Positions 8,808 through 18,187 of a stretch of 64,000 nt of DNA are shown piece after piece (the stretch's first letter is position 1; each line of letters begins with the position of its first letter). The DNA comes from an uncultured Myxococcales bacterium. Lineage in GTDB: Bacteria; Myxococcota_A; UBA9160; UBA4427. Made by a program: the position numbers and the translations under genes. The notes below the pieces were generated by a model. That model was given only the letters and a program-made list of their open reading frames with translations. It ran no database searches and was not told the DNA's origin. The stretch is taken from NCBI GenBank assembly GCA_965603475.1, contig CBFDDD010000001.1:40003-104002 (forward strand), in the 5' to 3' direction.

Positions 8808-10181
8808 ATGGCACCGCCTCCCGCGTCCGCGGTCGCTGATGCGATGAATGTCCCGGCAGCGCCGCGGGACTCGCAGACCAATATCGACATCATGGCCGTC
8901 ACGAAGGGTTTTCATTGGCCCTGGTTGCTGGCTTTCCTTCTAGCGGTCTCAGGCGTCGTGATGGCGCTCGGCGCGCTGATCTACGAGACCTACTACGGAC
9001 TTGGCGTCGCCGGCTACCAGGCCCCCGTTTTCTGGGGCGTCTACATCATCACCTTCGTCTTCTGGATCGGAATCGGCCACGCTGGGACCCTGATCTCGGC
9101 GATTCTCTTCCTGTTCCGAGCGAAATGGCGAAACGCGATCAATCGAGGCGCCGAGACGATGACCGTCTTCGCGGTCTTGACGGCAGCGCTCTTCCCGCTG
9201 ATTCACATCGGTCGACTCTGGAAATTCTACTTCCTGCTTCCGTATCCGAATCAGAGATACCTCTGGGTGAACTTCAAGAGCCCGCTTCTCTGGGACGTCT
9301 TCGCGGTCAATACCTATCTGACGATCTCGGTCCTCTTCTTCATCGTCGGCCTGATCCCCGACATCGCGATCGCGCGTGACCGCGCAGTCGGCTGGAAAAG
9401 GGCCGCCTACACGGTCTTGGCGGTCGGCTGGCAGGGCTCGGGCAAGCAGTGGAAGGCGCATAACCGAACGATTCTGCATCTCTCGGGGATCGCGACACCG
9501 CTGGTTCTGTCGGTTCACTCGATCGTTTCCTGGGACTTCGCCATGTCGATCGTGCCGGGCTGGCATGCGACGATCTTCGCACCCTATTTCGTGGCGGGTG
9601 CGATCTTCGGCGGTTTCGCGATGGTGATCGTGGTGATGGTTCCCGTGCGCCGGATCTTCCGTCTCGAGCGCTACATCACGGATTATCACTTCGAGAACAT
9701 GTCGAGGTTCATTCTCTTCACCTCCCTGATCTGCGGCTACGCCTACGGGGCTGAGTACTTCATTGCCTGGTACTCGGGGGTGGAACCCGAACAGACGTCG
9801 TTCTGGCTTCGCGCCTTTGGTCCCTACTGGTTCTCGACCTGGTGCATGATCACCTTCAACGTCATCTTTCCCCAGCTGCTCTGGATCAAGCGCCTGCGGA
9901 CGAATATTCCGTTCCTCTTCGTGCTCTGCTTCTTCATCAACCTGGGCATGTGGTTCGAGCGGTACGTGATCATCATTACGTCGCTCTCTCGTGAATATAT
10001 TCCGGCCGCCTGGGGGCTCTACATTCCGAGTACCGTCGAACTGATGGTCCTCACGGGCAGCTTCTGTTGGTTCAGCATGTTCTTCCTGCTCTTCCTCAAG
10101 ATGTTCCCGATCATCGCGATCTCTGAGGTGAAGGAGCTGGATATCCATGCGAGGGATCATGCTCATGGAGGGACCCACTAA
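8808..10181 (+). CDS. actC: Alternative Complex III subunit ActC (NrfD/PsrC-type polytopic quinol-interacting membrane subunit)
   Basis: Highly hydrophobic 457-aa protein with about 10 predicted TM helices. It follows actB through a TAAATG junction. Confidence 0.85.
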   Translation: MAPPPASAVADAMNVPAAPRDSQTNIDIMAVTKGFHWPWLLAFLLAVSGVVMALGALIYETYYGLGVAGYQAPVFWGVYIITFVFWIGIGHAGTLISAILFLFRAKWRNAINRGAETMTVFAVLTAALFPLIHIGRLWKFYFLLPYPNQRYLWVNFKSPLLWDVFAVNTYLTISVLFFIVGLIPDIAIARDRAVGWKRAAYTVLAVGWQGSGKQWKAHNRTILHLSGIATPLVLSVHSIVSWDFAMSIVPGWHATIFAPYFVAGAIFGGFAMVIVVMVPVRRIFRLERYITDYHFENMSRFILFTSLICGYAYGAEYFIAWYSGVEPEQTSFWLRAFGPYWFSTWCMITFNVIFPQLLWIKRLRTNIPFLFVLCFFINLGMWFERYVIIITSLSREYIPAAWGLYIPSTVELMVLTGSFCWFSMFFLLFLKMFPIIAISEVKELDIHARDHAHGGTH

Positions 10182-10688
10182 ATGGCGACGCTAGTCAGCG
10201 TGTACGACATGCCCTCGGATGTTTCGACGGTCGTTCGGAAACTCAAATCACGGGGTTTCGAGGATCTCACGACCTATTCGCCCGCGCCCTTCGAGGAGAT
10301 CGAGGAAGCGGAGGATCCCAAGCCCTCCGGCGTTCGACTCTATACGCTCATCGGCGGTCTCTTGGGTGTCGTGACCGGCTTCGGAATACAGATCTGGATG
10401 TCGATGGATTGGCCGATCAAGATCGCAGGAAAGAACATCGCTGCGATTCCGCCCATGTGGATCATCGGCTTCGAACTGACGATTCTCTTCGGCGGCATCC
10501 TGACGGTCGTCGCACTCTTCATCAAGGGCGGTCTCTATCCACGTCCCTTGGACGAACATTACAGTCCGAGATTCTCCGCAGAGGAATTCGGCGTCGTCGT
10601 TCGTTGTGAGGAGCGAGACGTATCCGAGGTCGAATCCCTGATGCGCGGTCACAATGCCAAGGAGGTGACCCTTGCGGCCTCTCACTAG
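10182..10688 (+). CDS. actD: Alternative Complex III subunit ActD (DUF3341-type)
   Basis: A 168-aa protein with a soluble N-terminal part (VYDMPSDVSTVVRKLKSRGFEDLTTYSPAPF) and two TM helices. Its position between actC and actE fits, and the junction is TAAATG. Confidence 0.75.
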   Translation: MATLVSVYDMPSDVSTVVRKLKSRGFEDLTTYSPAPFEEIEEAEDPKPSGVRLYTLIGGLLGVVTGFGIQIWMSMDWPIKIAGKNIAAIPPMWIIGFELTILFGGILTVVALFIKGGLYPRPLDEHYSPRFSAEEFGVVVRCEERDVSEVESLMRGHNAKEVTLAASH

Positions 10689-11280
10689 TCCTCGACTCAC
10701 TGCTCGACGGGGTCGTTCGTTTTCGAAGCCGTTCGTAGCCGCCCTGCTTCTGGCGTTGGTCGGATTGCCGGGCTGTTGGGAGCAGGTCTCTGTCGAATGG
10801 TTTCCGCAGATGAAGTGGCAGCCATCGGTTCAGGCCTTCGAGCTGAATCAGTATCGAGAGGACGGTGCTCTCTTCTCGCCTCCCGAAGGCACGATTCCCG
10901 TGGGTTGGGGTGACGTCGCGAACCCCGCCATGCTTTCGCCTGGTGATCAGGAAACGATCGTGAATCCGCGTCCCGCGACTCTCGAGTCACTCAAGAACGG
11001 TCAGGCCCTCTTCAACGTGAATTGCGCTGCTTGTCACGGCCCGACGGGGGGTGGCGATGGGCCGATCGCTGCACCGAATGGCCCGATCGCGGGCGTACTT
11101 CCGATCGGGCCGGGATCGCCGATGGGCTTCAGCCTCGCCCCGGGTCTCACGGACGGACACATCTACAGCACGATCTCACTCGGTCGAGGCCGGATGCCGA
11201 ATTATCGCCGGATCTCGCCAGACGGTCGCTGGGACGTCGTGAACTACATACGTGACCTCAACGGTCAGGGAGGTCGGTAG
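10672..11280 (+). CDS. actE: Alternative Complex III subunit ActE, monohaem cytochrome c lipoprotein
   Basis: Lipoprotein-type signal (LLLALVGLPGC) and a single CAACH haem site. TTG start sits behind AAGGAGG and overlaps actD by 17 nt. Confidence 0.75.
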   Translation: MRPLTSPRLTARRGRSFSKPFVAALLLALVGLPGCWEQVSVEWFPQMKWQPSVQAFELNQYREDGALFSPPEGTIPVGWGDVANPAMLSPGDQETIVNPRPATLESLKNGQALFNVNCAACHGPTGGGDGPIAAPNGPIAGVLPIGPGSPMGFSLAPGLTDGHIYSTISLGRGRMPNYRRISPDGRWDVVNYIRDLNGQGGR

Positions 11281-12599
11281 TGAGCATTGCAGCTTCGACC
11301 GCCGAGCGCGCAAATCCGGGCAGTTTGCCCCAGCCGCTCACGAATATTTGTCTGGCCTTCGCGGTCCTGGGTGTCGTCGCCTTCGTAGGCGGCGTGGTCA
11401 CAGATCCGCAGACGACCTGGTTGGCCTATCACACCAACTTCATCTTCTTCACGATGCTGGCCTGTGGTGGGCTGACGCTGTCGGCGATCTATTCCATCGT
11501 CGGTGCATTCTGGCCTGGTCCCTACCGCCGGTTCGCCGAGTCTTTCGCCGCATTCATCCCGATTGCGCTCGTGCTCGGTGTGATTGGCGTCCTGGGCGGT
11601 GATCACATCTTCGATTGGCAGATGAACGGTGCCATGCACGGCAAAGAACCGTGGCTCAATGCCACCCGATTCTATGCAACCGATCTCGGACTGCTGGGGA
11701 TCATGTCGCTCCTGACGGTGATGTTCCTGAAGGCCTCCGCTCGGCCCACTCTGCGAAATCTTGCCGAAAACGGGTCGGGCTTCGCCAAGAAGATGGCCGA
11801 GAACTGGACGGCAGGTTGGAAGGGCGACGAAGAAGAACGCGTGGCTTCGAAGAAGCGAACGGCCTTCATCGCCCCCTTGATCGCACTAACCTACGGATTC
11901 GGTTTTGCCGTCTTCAGTTTCGACCAGGTGATGTCCATGGAGCAGGCCTGGTTCTCGAACCTCTTCGGGAACTTCGTTTGTTGGGGCGGAATTCTCTCAG
12001 CCGTCGCCGCCTGCGCGCTCTCGGGTGTTTTCAGCCGGAACCTGGATGGGTTCGAGGGCGAGATCACCGAGCGCCGCATGCATGACATCGGCAAGATGAT
12101 GTTCGCCTTCTCGATTTTCTGGATGTACCTGTTCTGGTCCCAGTACCTCGTGATCTACTACGGCAATCTTCCCGAAGAAACCTACTTCTTGCGCGATCGA
12201 CTGGGCGACCAGTTCATGATCGACAAGGGCTATTCAGCGGCTGCTTTCGCCAAGAGCTGGTCGAATTGGGACTTCGAGTGGGCGCGGCTCCAGACGGGCT
12301 ATGGCTGGGTCTCCATGACAGTCTGGGCCAGTGTTTGGCTCGTTCCGTTCTGGGTCTTGCTGGGCCAGCGACCGAAGAAGACACCGTGGATCGCCGGCCC
12401 CGTCGCGGGAACCCTGCTCTTCGGTCTGTGGCTCGAGCGAAACTTGTTGGTCTGGCCGTCGGTCATCAAGGGCGACATGCTTTCCTGGTTCGGGCTGATT
12501 CAGGTTGGCGTTGCGCTTGGGTTCCTCGGGATCTTCATGCTCGTTGTGCTCTTCTACTCGCGCGTCTTCCCGACGGTTGCGGTGTCGATCAAGGACTGA
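11280..12599 (+). CDS. actF: Alternative Complex III subunit ActF (second NrfD-like membrane subunit)
   Basis: Polytopic 439-aa membrane protein. Its GTG start overlaps the TAG stop of actE (TAGTG). It is the last gene of the act cluster. Confidence 0.75.
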   Translation: MSIAASTAERANPGSLPQPLTNICLAFAVLGVVAFVGGVVTDPQTTWLAYHTNFIFFTMLACGGLTLSAIYSIVGAFWPGPYRRFAESFAAFIPIALVLGVIGVLGGDHIFDWQMNGAMHGKEPWLNATRFYATDLGLLGIMSLLTVMFLKASARPTLRNLAENGSGFAKKMAENWTAGWKGDEEERVASKKRTAFIAPLIALTYGFGFAVFSFDQVMSMEQAWFSNLFGNFVCWGGILSAVAACALSGVFSRNLDGFEGEITERRMHDIGKMMFAFSIFWMYLFWSQYLVIYYGNLPEETYFLRDRLGDQFMIDKGYSAAAFAKSWSNWDFEWARLQTGYGWVSMTVWASVWLVPFWVLLGQRPKKTPWIAGPVAGTLLFGLWLERNLLVWPSVIKGDMLSWFGLIQVGVALGFLGIFMLVVLFYSRVFPTVAVSIKD

Positions 12600-12662
12600 C
12601 CTTGACCTGCTGCTCGGAGTCATCCGAGTCATCCGAGGCGGCGGGAGCGCTATCCTGCGAGT

Positions 12663-14177
12663 ATGCCTTTCCACGACACGCCTTCTGAAGAGTCGTCGAG
12701 TCCCTGGGACGAACCCTCTCCGAATCGACGGATAGGGCTGGTTCGAGGCGGCGCGATCCTGCTCGAGCAGGATGGTTTCCGCGTCGTCGATGCGCGCCGC
12801 CGCAAACGGTCGAAGCTTCATCCCTATGAATCCATGACTCATGTCTACGCGGCCGACCGAATGCTGCTGGTTGGATTGACGTCAGGCCTGCTCACGATCC
12901 GCAATCGCGATTTCCCAGAGCCAGAGGAGGGCCCTAAAGAGGCACGCCGCATCTTGTTGGCTCGGCTGGCAGACCGTCCCGACGGTCAACACTGGATTGA
13001 AAAAATGACAGAAGTCGATCGCCTCGGCGATCGGAATGCGATGAGTCTGGTGACCTGGGCGACTGTTGCGCTCTGCGTGCTGGGGACCTGGTTTCAACTA
13101 CGAGAGCCCATGGTCGAGCAGGTTGGCGCATTCATTCCCGACCTCTTTGCGCGTGGCGAATTCTGGCGCGGCGTGACTGCGCACTTTCTACACGGTTTAT
13201 CACCTGCGCCTGGGCTCGTTACCTTCTTCACGGGAAATATCGCGGGTCTTCCCTTCCATCTCGCCATTAATGTCGGAGGGCTACTCGTACTTGGGCATCT
13301 CGTCGAGCGACCGCTCGGATCGTGGAGAACGGTAATCATTCTCGCTTGTGGCGGAGCAGGCACATTGGTAGGCATCATCTTTGCCGAGCACTACGAGGTC
13401 ATCGGCGCGTCGGGGCTCGTGTCGGCCTTCGCCGGTGCGATCCTGGCGATTGAACTCAACTTTCCGGCATCGCTTCCGAGTTATTGGCGCCTACCGAGAC
13501 GACTCTTCATCGCAGCACTGATCTTGCAGTTCTTCGTGATCGATCAAGTCCTCTCGAGTCATGTGGCCGGCGGAGCGCATCTCGGCGGTTTCATCGGAGG
13601 TTATCTGGCGGCGTGGATGTTGGGGCACCCTGATGTGGAGAGCCTGACGCCCAATTCAGGCCTGCGGTTCTCGACCTACTGTGTGACCGCTGTGCTGCTT
13701 CTGGGTATTTCGGGCGCTCTCCCGCTCACCCGCCACGACATGGGCGCGCTCGAGCGACACGCAACACGCATCTTGAATACGCCTCAGACGGTGAATCTCT
13801 ACCGGCACGAAAACGCGGCTGCCTGGTTCATTGCAACCGAAGGGGGCGCGAGCCCATTCGGTCTGGAACTCGCAGTGGCGCTTGCGGACCGCGCGGTCGT
13901 GAGCACGGGTGGGATGCATCCCGGAATCCTCGACACGCTGGCGGAGGCACTATTCCAGAGCGGAAATCGTCTCGGCGCTCTTCTCACGATCGACGAGGCC
14001 ATTCGCTTGATGCCGAACGAGGTCTACTTCATCGAGCAACGTCGGAGATTCACTGGGGAGCGAGCCGCTCATGATCGACCCCCGCCGCCGGGAAGCGAAG
14101 CCGAGGGCGCACCTCCCTTCGACAAAGATTTCGAACCGCAGTCGGTCGATCCAGGCGCCCCGATACTCACAATCTGA
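12663..14177 (+). CDS. rhomboid family intramembrane serine protease with N-terminal cytoplasmic domain and C-terminal helical-repeat domain
   Basis: Catalytic GxSG (IGASGLVSAFAG) and His (GGAHLGGFIGGY) lie in a 6-TM core. An N-terminal region of ~120 aa precedes the core, and a helical tail of ~150 aa follows it (ALADRAVV ... EALFQSGNRLGALLTIDEAIRL). Confidence 0.8.
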   Translation: MPFHDTPSEESSSPWDEPSPNRRIGLVRGGAILLEQDGFRVVDARRRKRSKLHPYESMTHVYAADRMLLVGLTSGLLTIRNRDFPEPEEGPKEARRILLARLADRPDGQHWIEKMTEVDRLGDRNAMSLVTWATVALCVLGTWFQLREPMVEQVGAFIPDLFARGEFWRGVTAHFLHGLSPAPGLVTFFTGNIAGLPFHLAINVGGLLVLGHLVERPLGSWRTVIILACGGAGTLVGIIFAEHYEVIGASGLVSAFAGAILAIELNFPASLPSYWRLPRRLFIAALILQFFVIDQVLSSHVAGGAHLGGFIGGYLAAWMLGHPDVESLTPNSGLRFSTYCVTAVLLLGISGALPLTRHDMGALERHATRILNTPQTVNLYRHENAAAWFIATEGGASPFGLELAVALADRAVVSTGGMHPGILDTLAEALFQSGNRLGALLTIDEAIRLMPNEVYFIEQRRRFTGERAAHDRPPPPGSEAEGAPPFDKDFEPQSVDPGAPILTI

Positions 14178-14222
14178 ATGCAAGAATAGAAACTGAACGG
14201 CCACCGCTTATCTACAAGGAGA

Positions 14223-15167
14223 GTGCTCATGACTTCTGGAAAACGATCGACGTCGATTCCCCTGCCTGCCGTGGCTCTGGCTGCGGTGCCGAAGCGGCGG
14301 CGAGCGACGCTCGACCTCGCCCGTGAGATCGAAATGCGAGGCTTTGCCGGCATCTATTGCGCAAGCTTTGGCGATGCCATGGGATTGTCCCATTCGATCG
14401 CTCATGTCACGGAACAGATCCCCTTTGGGACCTCGATCGCGAATCTCTACATGCGCCATCCCAGTGACTACGCACAGAGTGCGGCGATGATTCACGAACT
14501 CTCTGGTGGACGCTTCCGCTTCGGTGTCGGTGTCAGCCATGGACCGATGCATCGGCGGGTCGGGATCGAGGCCGGAAAGCCGCTCGCCGATATGCGGGAA
14601 TTCGTGGCGAAGGTTCGCGAGGTTCCACGGATTGGCGAGCTTCCGCCGATCGTCATCGCCGGCCTGCGAAAGAAGATGGTCGCGCTTTCAGCCGAAATAG
14701 GGGAAGGTGTCGTGTTCGCGAACGCTTCTTGCACGCACCTGCCGACGTCGCTGGCGTCCTTGCCGGATTCGAAGCGAAACGACCACGATTTCTTCATCGG
14801 GAACATGATTCCCACATGCATCTCCGACGATCTCGAGGCGGCAGCGGCGGTCAACCGGAAGACGCTGACGATGTATGTGGGATTGCCAAATTACCGGAAC
14901 TACTGGAAAGAAGCCGGGTACAGAGAAGAGATGGAAGCGATCGAAGCCGCTCTCGACGCCGGCGAACGTGAAAAGCTCCCTGCCCTCATGACGGATCGCT
15001 GGCTTTCGGACTGCACGCTGTACGGCCCGCCGAGTCGCGTACTCGAGGGACTGGAGGCCTGGTATGCCGCTGGCTTGCGAACGCCCATTCTGGTTCCGTC
15101 CTCCGCAGCCGGAAACCAGATGAAGGCCTTCGAGGAGTTCTTTTCGCTCTTTGAGCAGCTCGATTGA
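14223..15167 (+). CDS. LLM-class (luciferase-like) flavin-dependent oxidoreductase
   Basis: TIM-barrel LLM pattern: FAGIYCASFGDAMG, GGRFRFGVGVSHGP and PIVIAGLRKKM. GTG 14223 or ATG 14229 could be the start. Confidence 0.8.
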   Translation: MLMTSGKRSTSIPLPAVALAAVPKRRRATLDLAREIEMRGFAGIYCASFGDAMGLSHSIAHVTEQIPFGTSIANLYMRHPSDYAQSAAMIHELSGGRFRFGVGVSHGPMHRRVGIEAGKPLADMREFVAKVREVPRIGELPPIVIAGLRKKMVALSAEIGEGVVFANASCTHLPTSLASLPDSKRNDHDFFIGNMIPTCISDDLEAAAAVNRKTLTMYVGLPNYRNYWKEAGYREEMEAIEAALDAGEREKLPALMTDRWLSDCTLYGPPSRVLEGLEAWYAAGLRTPILVPSSAAGNQMKAFEEFFSLFEQLD

Positions 15168-15209
15168 AAATTGGACGATTGAGGTAAGTAGGTAAAAAGG
15201 AGAGATGAG

Positions 15210-16193
15210 ATGGACGAGAGCGCTCCGGCGCAGATTGAAGAGCACGTACGGGTTTGCAATGACCTGATCAGCGAGGTCAGCAAGGTCGTCGTGGGTCAGG
15301 AAGCGATGATTTCACGCCTGCTCGTCGGCATTCTGTGTGGCGGCCATGTCCTGCTCGAAGGTGTTCCCGGCCTTGCGAAGACTCTGACGGTTCAGACCCT
15401 GGCGGAAGCCATCCATACTGGTTTTTCTCGGATCCAGTTCACGCCGGACATGCTGCCGGCCGACGTGATCGGCACTGAGATTTTCAACCCGCGTGATGGA
15501 ACCTACAGCGTCAAGAAAGGTCCGATCTTCTCGAACCTGATCCTGGCGGACGAGATCAATCGTGCGCCCGCAAAGGTCCAGGCGGCACTTCTCGAGGCGA
15601 TGCAGGAACGTCAGGTCACGATCGGAGGGACCACCTTTCGATTCGATGAGCCCTTCCTCGTGCTCGCTACGCAGAATCCAATCGAGCAGGAGGGAACCTA
15701 CCCCCTGCCCGAAGCACAGGTCGACCGCTTCATGCTCAAGGTCGTCGTAGGCTACCCCTCGAAGGAAGACGAACGAAAGATCGTCGACCGCATGGCGACC
15801 GGCCAGCCGGCACCTGTGGTGAGTGCGGTTGCGACGCCGGAGCAGATTCTGGCTGCCCGGAAGACGGTCGATCAGGTATTCGTCGACGAAAAGGTCAAGA
15901 GCTATGTCGTCGATCTCGTGCACGCGACCCGAGATCCAAAGGCCGCGGGATTCGCGGAGCTCGACGGGATGATCGAAATGGGCGCGTCGCCCCGAGCCTC
16001 GCTCTTCTTGACACGAGGGGCCAAGGCCAATGCTTTCCTGCAAGGGCGTAGTTATGCGACACCCCACGACGTCAAGAATCTTGCTCTCGACGTACTTCGA
16101 CATCGCATTGCGGTGACCTACGAAGCCGAGGCGCAGGGAAGAACGAGTGAGGATATCATCGACCGTATTCTCGCTGGCGTTCTCGTTCCCTGA
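15210..16193 (+). CDS. MoxR-family AAA+ ATPase
   Basis: VVGQEAMISRLLVGILCGGHVLLEGVPGLAKT (Walker A), ILADEINRAPAKVQAALLEAMQE (Walker B / sensor) and FLVLATQNP. Confidence 0.9.
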   Translation: MDESAPAQIEEHVRVCNDLISEVSKVVVGQEAMISRLLVGILCGGHVLLEGVPGLAKTLTVQTLAEAIHTGFSRIQFTPDMLPADVIGTEIFNPRDGTYSVKKGPIFSNLILADEINRAPAKVQAALLEAMQERQVTIGGTTFRFDEPFLVLATQNPIEQEGTYPLPEAQVDRFMLKVVVGYPSKEDERKIVDRMATGQPAPVVSAVATPEQILAARKTVDQVFVDEKVKSYVVDLVHATRDPKAAGFAELDGMIEMGASPRASLFLTRGAKANAFLQGRSYATPHDVKNLALDVLRHRIAVTYEAEAQGRTSEDIIDRILAGVLVP

Positions 16194-16214
16194 TTCGAGG
16201 CCAGGTAGTCGCCC

Positions 16215-17180
16215 ATGCTCACTAGCGAAATCCTCGGACGCGTCCGAGAAATCCAGGTTCGCACCGGCCGTCAGGTCGCCGATGTGTTAGCGGGCGAGTA
16301 CGTCTCGGTCTTCAAGGGACGTGGTGTCGAATTCGACGAGGTCAGGCCCTATGTGCCGGGGGACGATGTCCGATCGATCGACTGGAATGTCACCGCACGG
16401 ATGGGCGAGCCCTATATCAAGCGCTATGTAGAAGAGCGACAACTCACATTGATGTTGATGGCCGATGTATCCGCGTCCCAGGATTTTGGATCGGTGGGAC
16501 GAAGCAAGCGAGAGTCGACCGCTGAACTCTGCGCTCTGCTCGCGTTCTCGGCGACTCGCAACGATGACAAGGTCGGGCTGGCGCTCTTTCACGGTGATAT
16601 CGAGCAATACATCCCGCCGCGAAAAGGCCAGAAACATGCTTTGCGGGTCGTTCGCGAAGTCCTGGCCCACGGTCAGGAAGACTCCGGGGACGCCGAAGTC
16701 GCATCACAGGGACTCTTTTCGAGATTACGTGGTCTGGTCAATTTCCGCCGCAGGCCTCGCGCGCCGCGGGAGTCGACGGACATTCGGTTTGCCCTCGAAT
16801 TTTTCATGCAGGTCAATAAACGTCGCACGATTTGCTTCGTGGTGAGCGATTTCCTCGATGAGGGATTCGAGAAAGCAATGATCGTGGCGAACCGAAAACA
16901 CGACGTCATTGCAGTTCTCGTGACCGATCCGAACGAGCTCGACATGCCGAATGTCGGGCTGGTTACGCTGCGCGACGCGGAAACCGGCGAGACACAAGTC
17001 GTGGATACGGGTTCGAAGGCGTTTCGAACCGAAGTCCACGAACGTACGCAAGCGCGAGTGCGTGATCTCGCAGGGCGCTTCGCAGCGGTTGGGATCGACT
17101 TCATCCACGTCGACGCGGCCGGAGACGTCATTGACCCGCTCGTACGTTTTTTCCGTATGCGCGCGCTTCGAGGACGCTGA
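16215..17180 (+). CDS. DUF58 domain protein (VWA-like, MoxR partner)
   Basis: GEYVSVFKGRGVEFDEVRPYVPGDDVRSIDWNVTAR is the DUF58 signature. It sits immediately downstream of the MoxR gene. Confidence 0.85.
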   Translation: MLTSEILGRVREIQVRTGRQVADVLAGEYVSVFKGRGVEFDEVRPYVPGDDVRSIDWNVTARMGEPYIKRYVEERQLTLMLMADVSASQDFGSVGRSKRESTAELCALLAFSATRNDDKVGLALFHGDIEQYIPPRKGQKHALRVVREVLAHGQEDSGDAEVASQGLFSRLRGLVNFRRRPRAPRESTDIRFALEFFMQVNKRRTICFVVSDFLDEGFEKAMIVANRKHDVIAVLVTDPNELDMPNVGLVTLRDAETGETQVVDTGSKAFRTEVHERTQARVRDLAGRFAAVGIDFIHVDAAGDVIDPLVRFFRMRALRGR

Positions 17181-18187
17181 TGAGATCGGGAGTCCAAGCC
17201 ACGATTCGGTTCCTGTCCGTCGTTTTGATTCTCTCGGCGAGCGGGCTAGCCCGAGGCGCCGACAGCATCGAGCGTCAAAGCGAGCGTGGCCCCGTTCGCG
17301 TCGATCTCGCGATCACTCCAGCCGAGCCTGTGATCGGTGACGTGATCGAGCTTCGGCTGGAGGTCCACGCCGAGGCCGGTGTCGAAGTCATGATGCCGGA
17401 GTTCGGCGAAGCACTGGGTCGATTCGAGATCGTCGATTTTGCACCGAGCCAGCAGCAAGACGAAACGGGCGGGAGTATTGCGCGACAGGCCTATCGCCTG
17501 CAGCCAGCGCATTCGGGTACACAGACGATTCCGCCTCTACGCGTCGAATTCGTGGATCGCCGTGCTGGGCGCTCACCTGCGCCCGAAGGCGAAGACGCCT
17601 ACGAGGTCCTGACCGAGAGGGTTTCACTCGAGATTGCGCCGATTCTGGCGGAGGACGCTCCACTCGCGCTGCGCCCGGCGCATTCCGATCTTGGTCCGCG
17701 ACGAACGCCGTCGGGGCCGTGGTGGGTCTGGGCGGTAGCGCTGCTGCTGGCAGTGGGTGGGGCCGCGCCCTTTGCCTGGCGCGCATTCGTTGCTGCGCGT
17801 GAACGACAACGTAGACAGAGCGCGTACGACGTGGCCCGTTCGGCACTCGACTTGTTGCTTCAGGGAGGACGACCGACTGCGGCAACCATGGATCGGTTCT
17901 ATGTCGAGCTGTCGCTGATCGTGCGAAGCTATCTCGAAGATCGGTTTGCTCTGCGTTCTCCCGAGCTCACGACGCAAGAGTTCTTGACCGAAATGGGTCG
18001 CTCGCCCGATCTTGCGCGATCGCACCAGCAGCTTCTGCAGAATTTTCTCGAACAGGCGGATCTCGTCAAATTTGCGGGATATCGACCGGATGCCGAGGTC
18101 GTTTCCGAATCGATCGCTGCAGCAGAGAAGTTCCTGGGCGAGACACAGAACTTCGTTCGGACCACGGCGGAGTTGAGCCATGCCTGA
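17180..18187 (+). CDS. membrane protein with BatD-like N-terminal domain and DUF4381-like C-terminal domain
   Basis: Signal peptide, an Ig-like region resembling BatD (VRVDLAITPAEPVIGDVIELRLEV), one TM (WWVWAVALLLAVGGAAPFAW), then a DUF4381-like tail (TTQEFLTEM ... ADLVKFAGYRP). ATG overlaps the upstream TGA (TGATG). Confidence 0.5.
   Translation: MRSGVQATIRFLSVVLILSASGLARGADSIERQSERGPVRVDLAITPAEPVIGDVIELRLEVHAEAGVEVMMPEFGEALGRFEIVDFAPSQQQDETGGSIARQAYRLQPAHSGTQTIPPLRVEFVDRRAGRSPAPEGEDAYEVLTERVSLEIAPILAEDAPLALRPAHSDLGPRRTPSGPWWVWAVALLLAVGGAAPFAWRAFVAARERQRRQSAYDVARSALDLLLQGGRPTAATMDRFYVELSLIVRSYLEDRFALRSPELTTQEFLTEMGRSPDLARSHQQLLQNFLEQADLVKFAGYRPDAEVVSESIAAAEKFLGETQNFVRTTAELSHA

Noticed and set aside
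7029-8915. Very long antisense or alternative-frame ORFs mirror real genes. Examples: 7029-8915 (628 aa, opposite actB), 8949-10178 (opposite actC), 2013-3299, 19109-20122, 21645-22889, 29782-31083, 51007-52443 and 55945-57207.
   Set aside because: Their translations are Arg/Pro/Gly/Ser-rich low-complexity strings with no recognisable motifs. Each lies entirely opposite a gene with strong family signatures. Stop-poor antisense frames are expected in GC-rich coding DNA. I treat them as shadow ORFs, not overlapping genes.
12617-12637. Tandem 9-mer GAGTCATCC x2.3 in the actF-rhomboid spacer.
   Set aside because: It is too short and isolated to call a repeat element or binding array. It is noted only as a possible slippage product.
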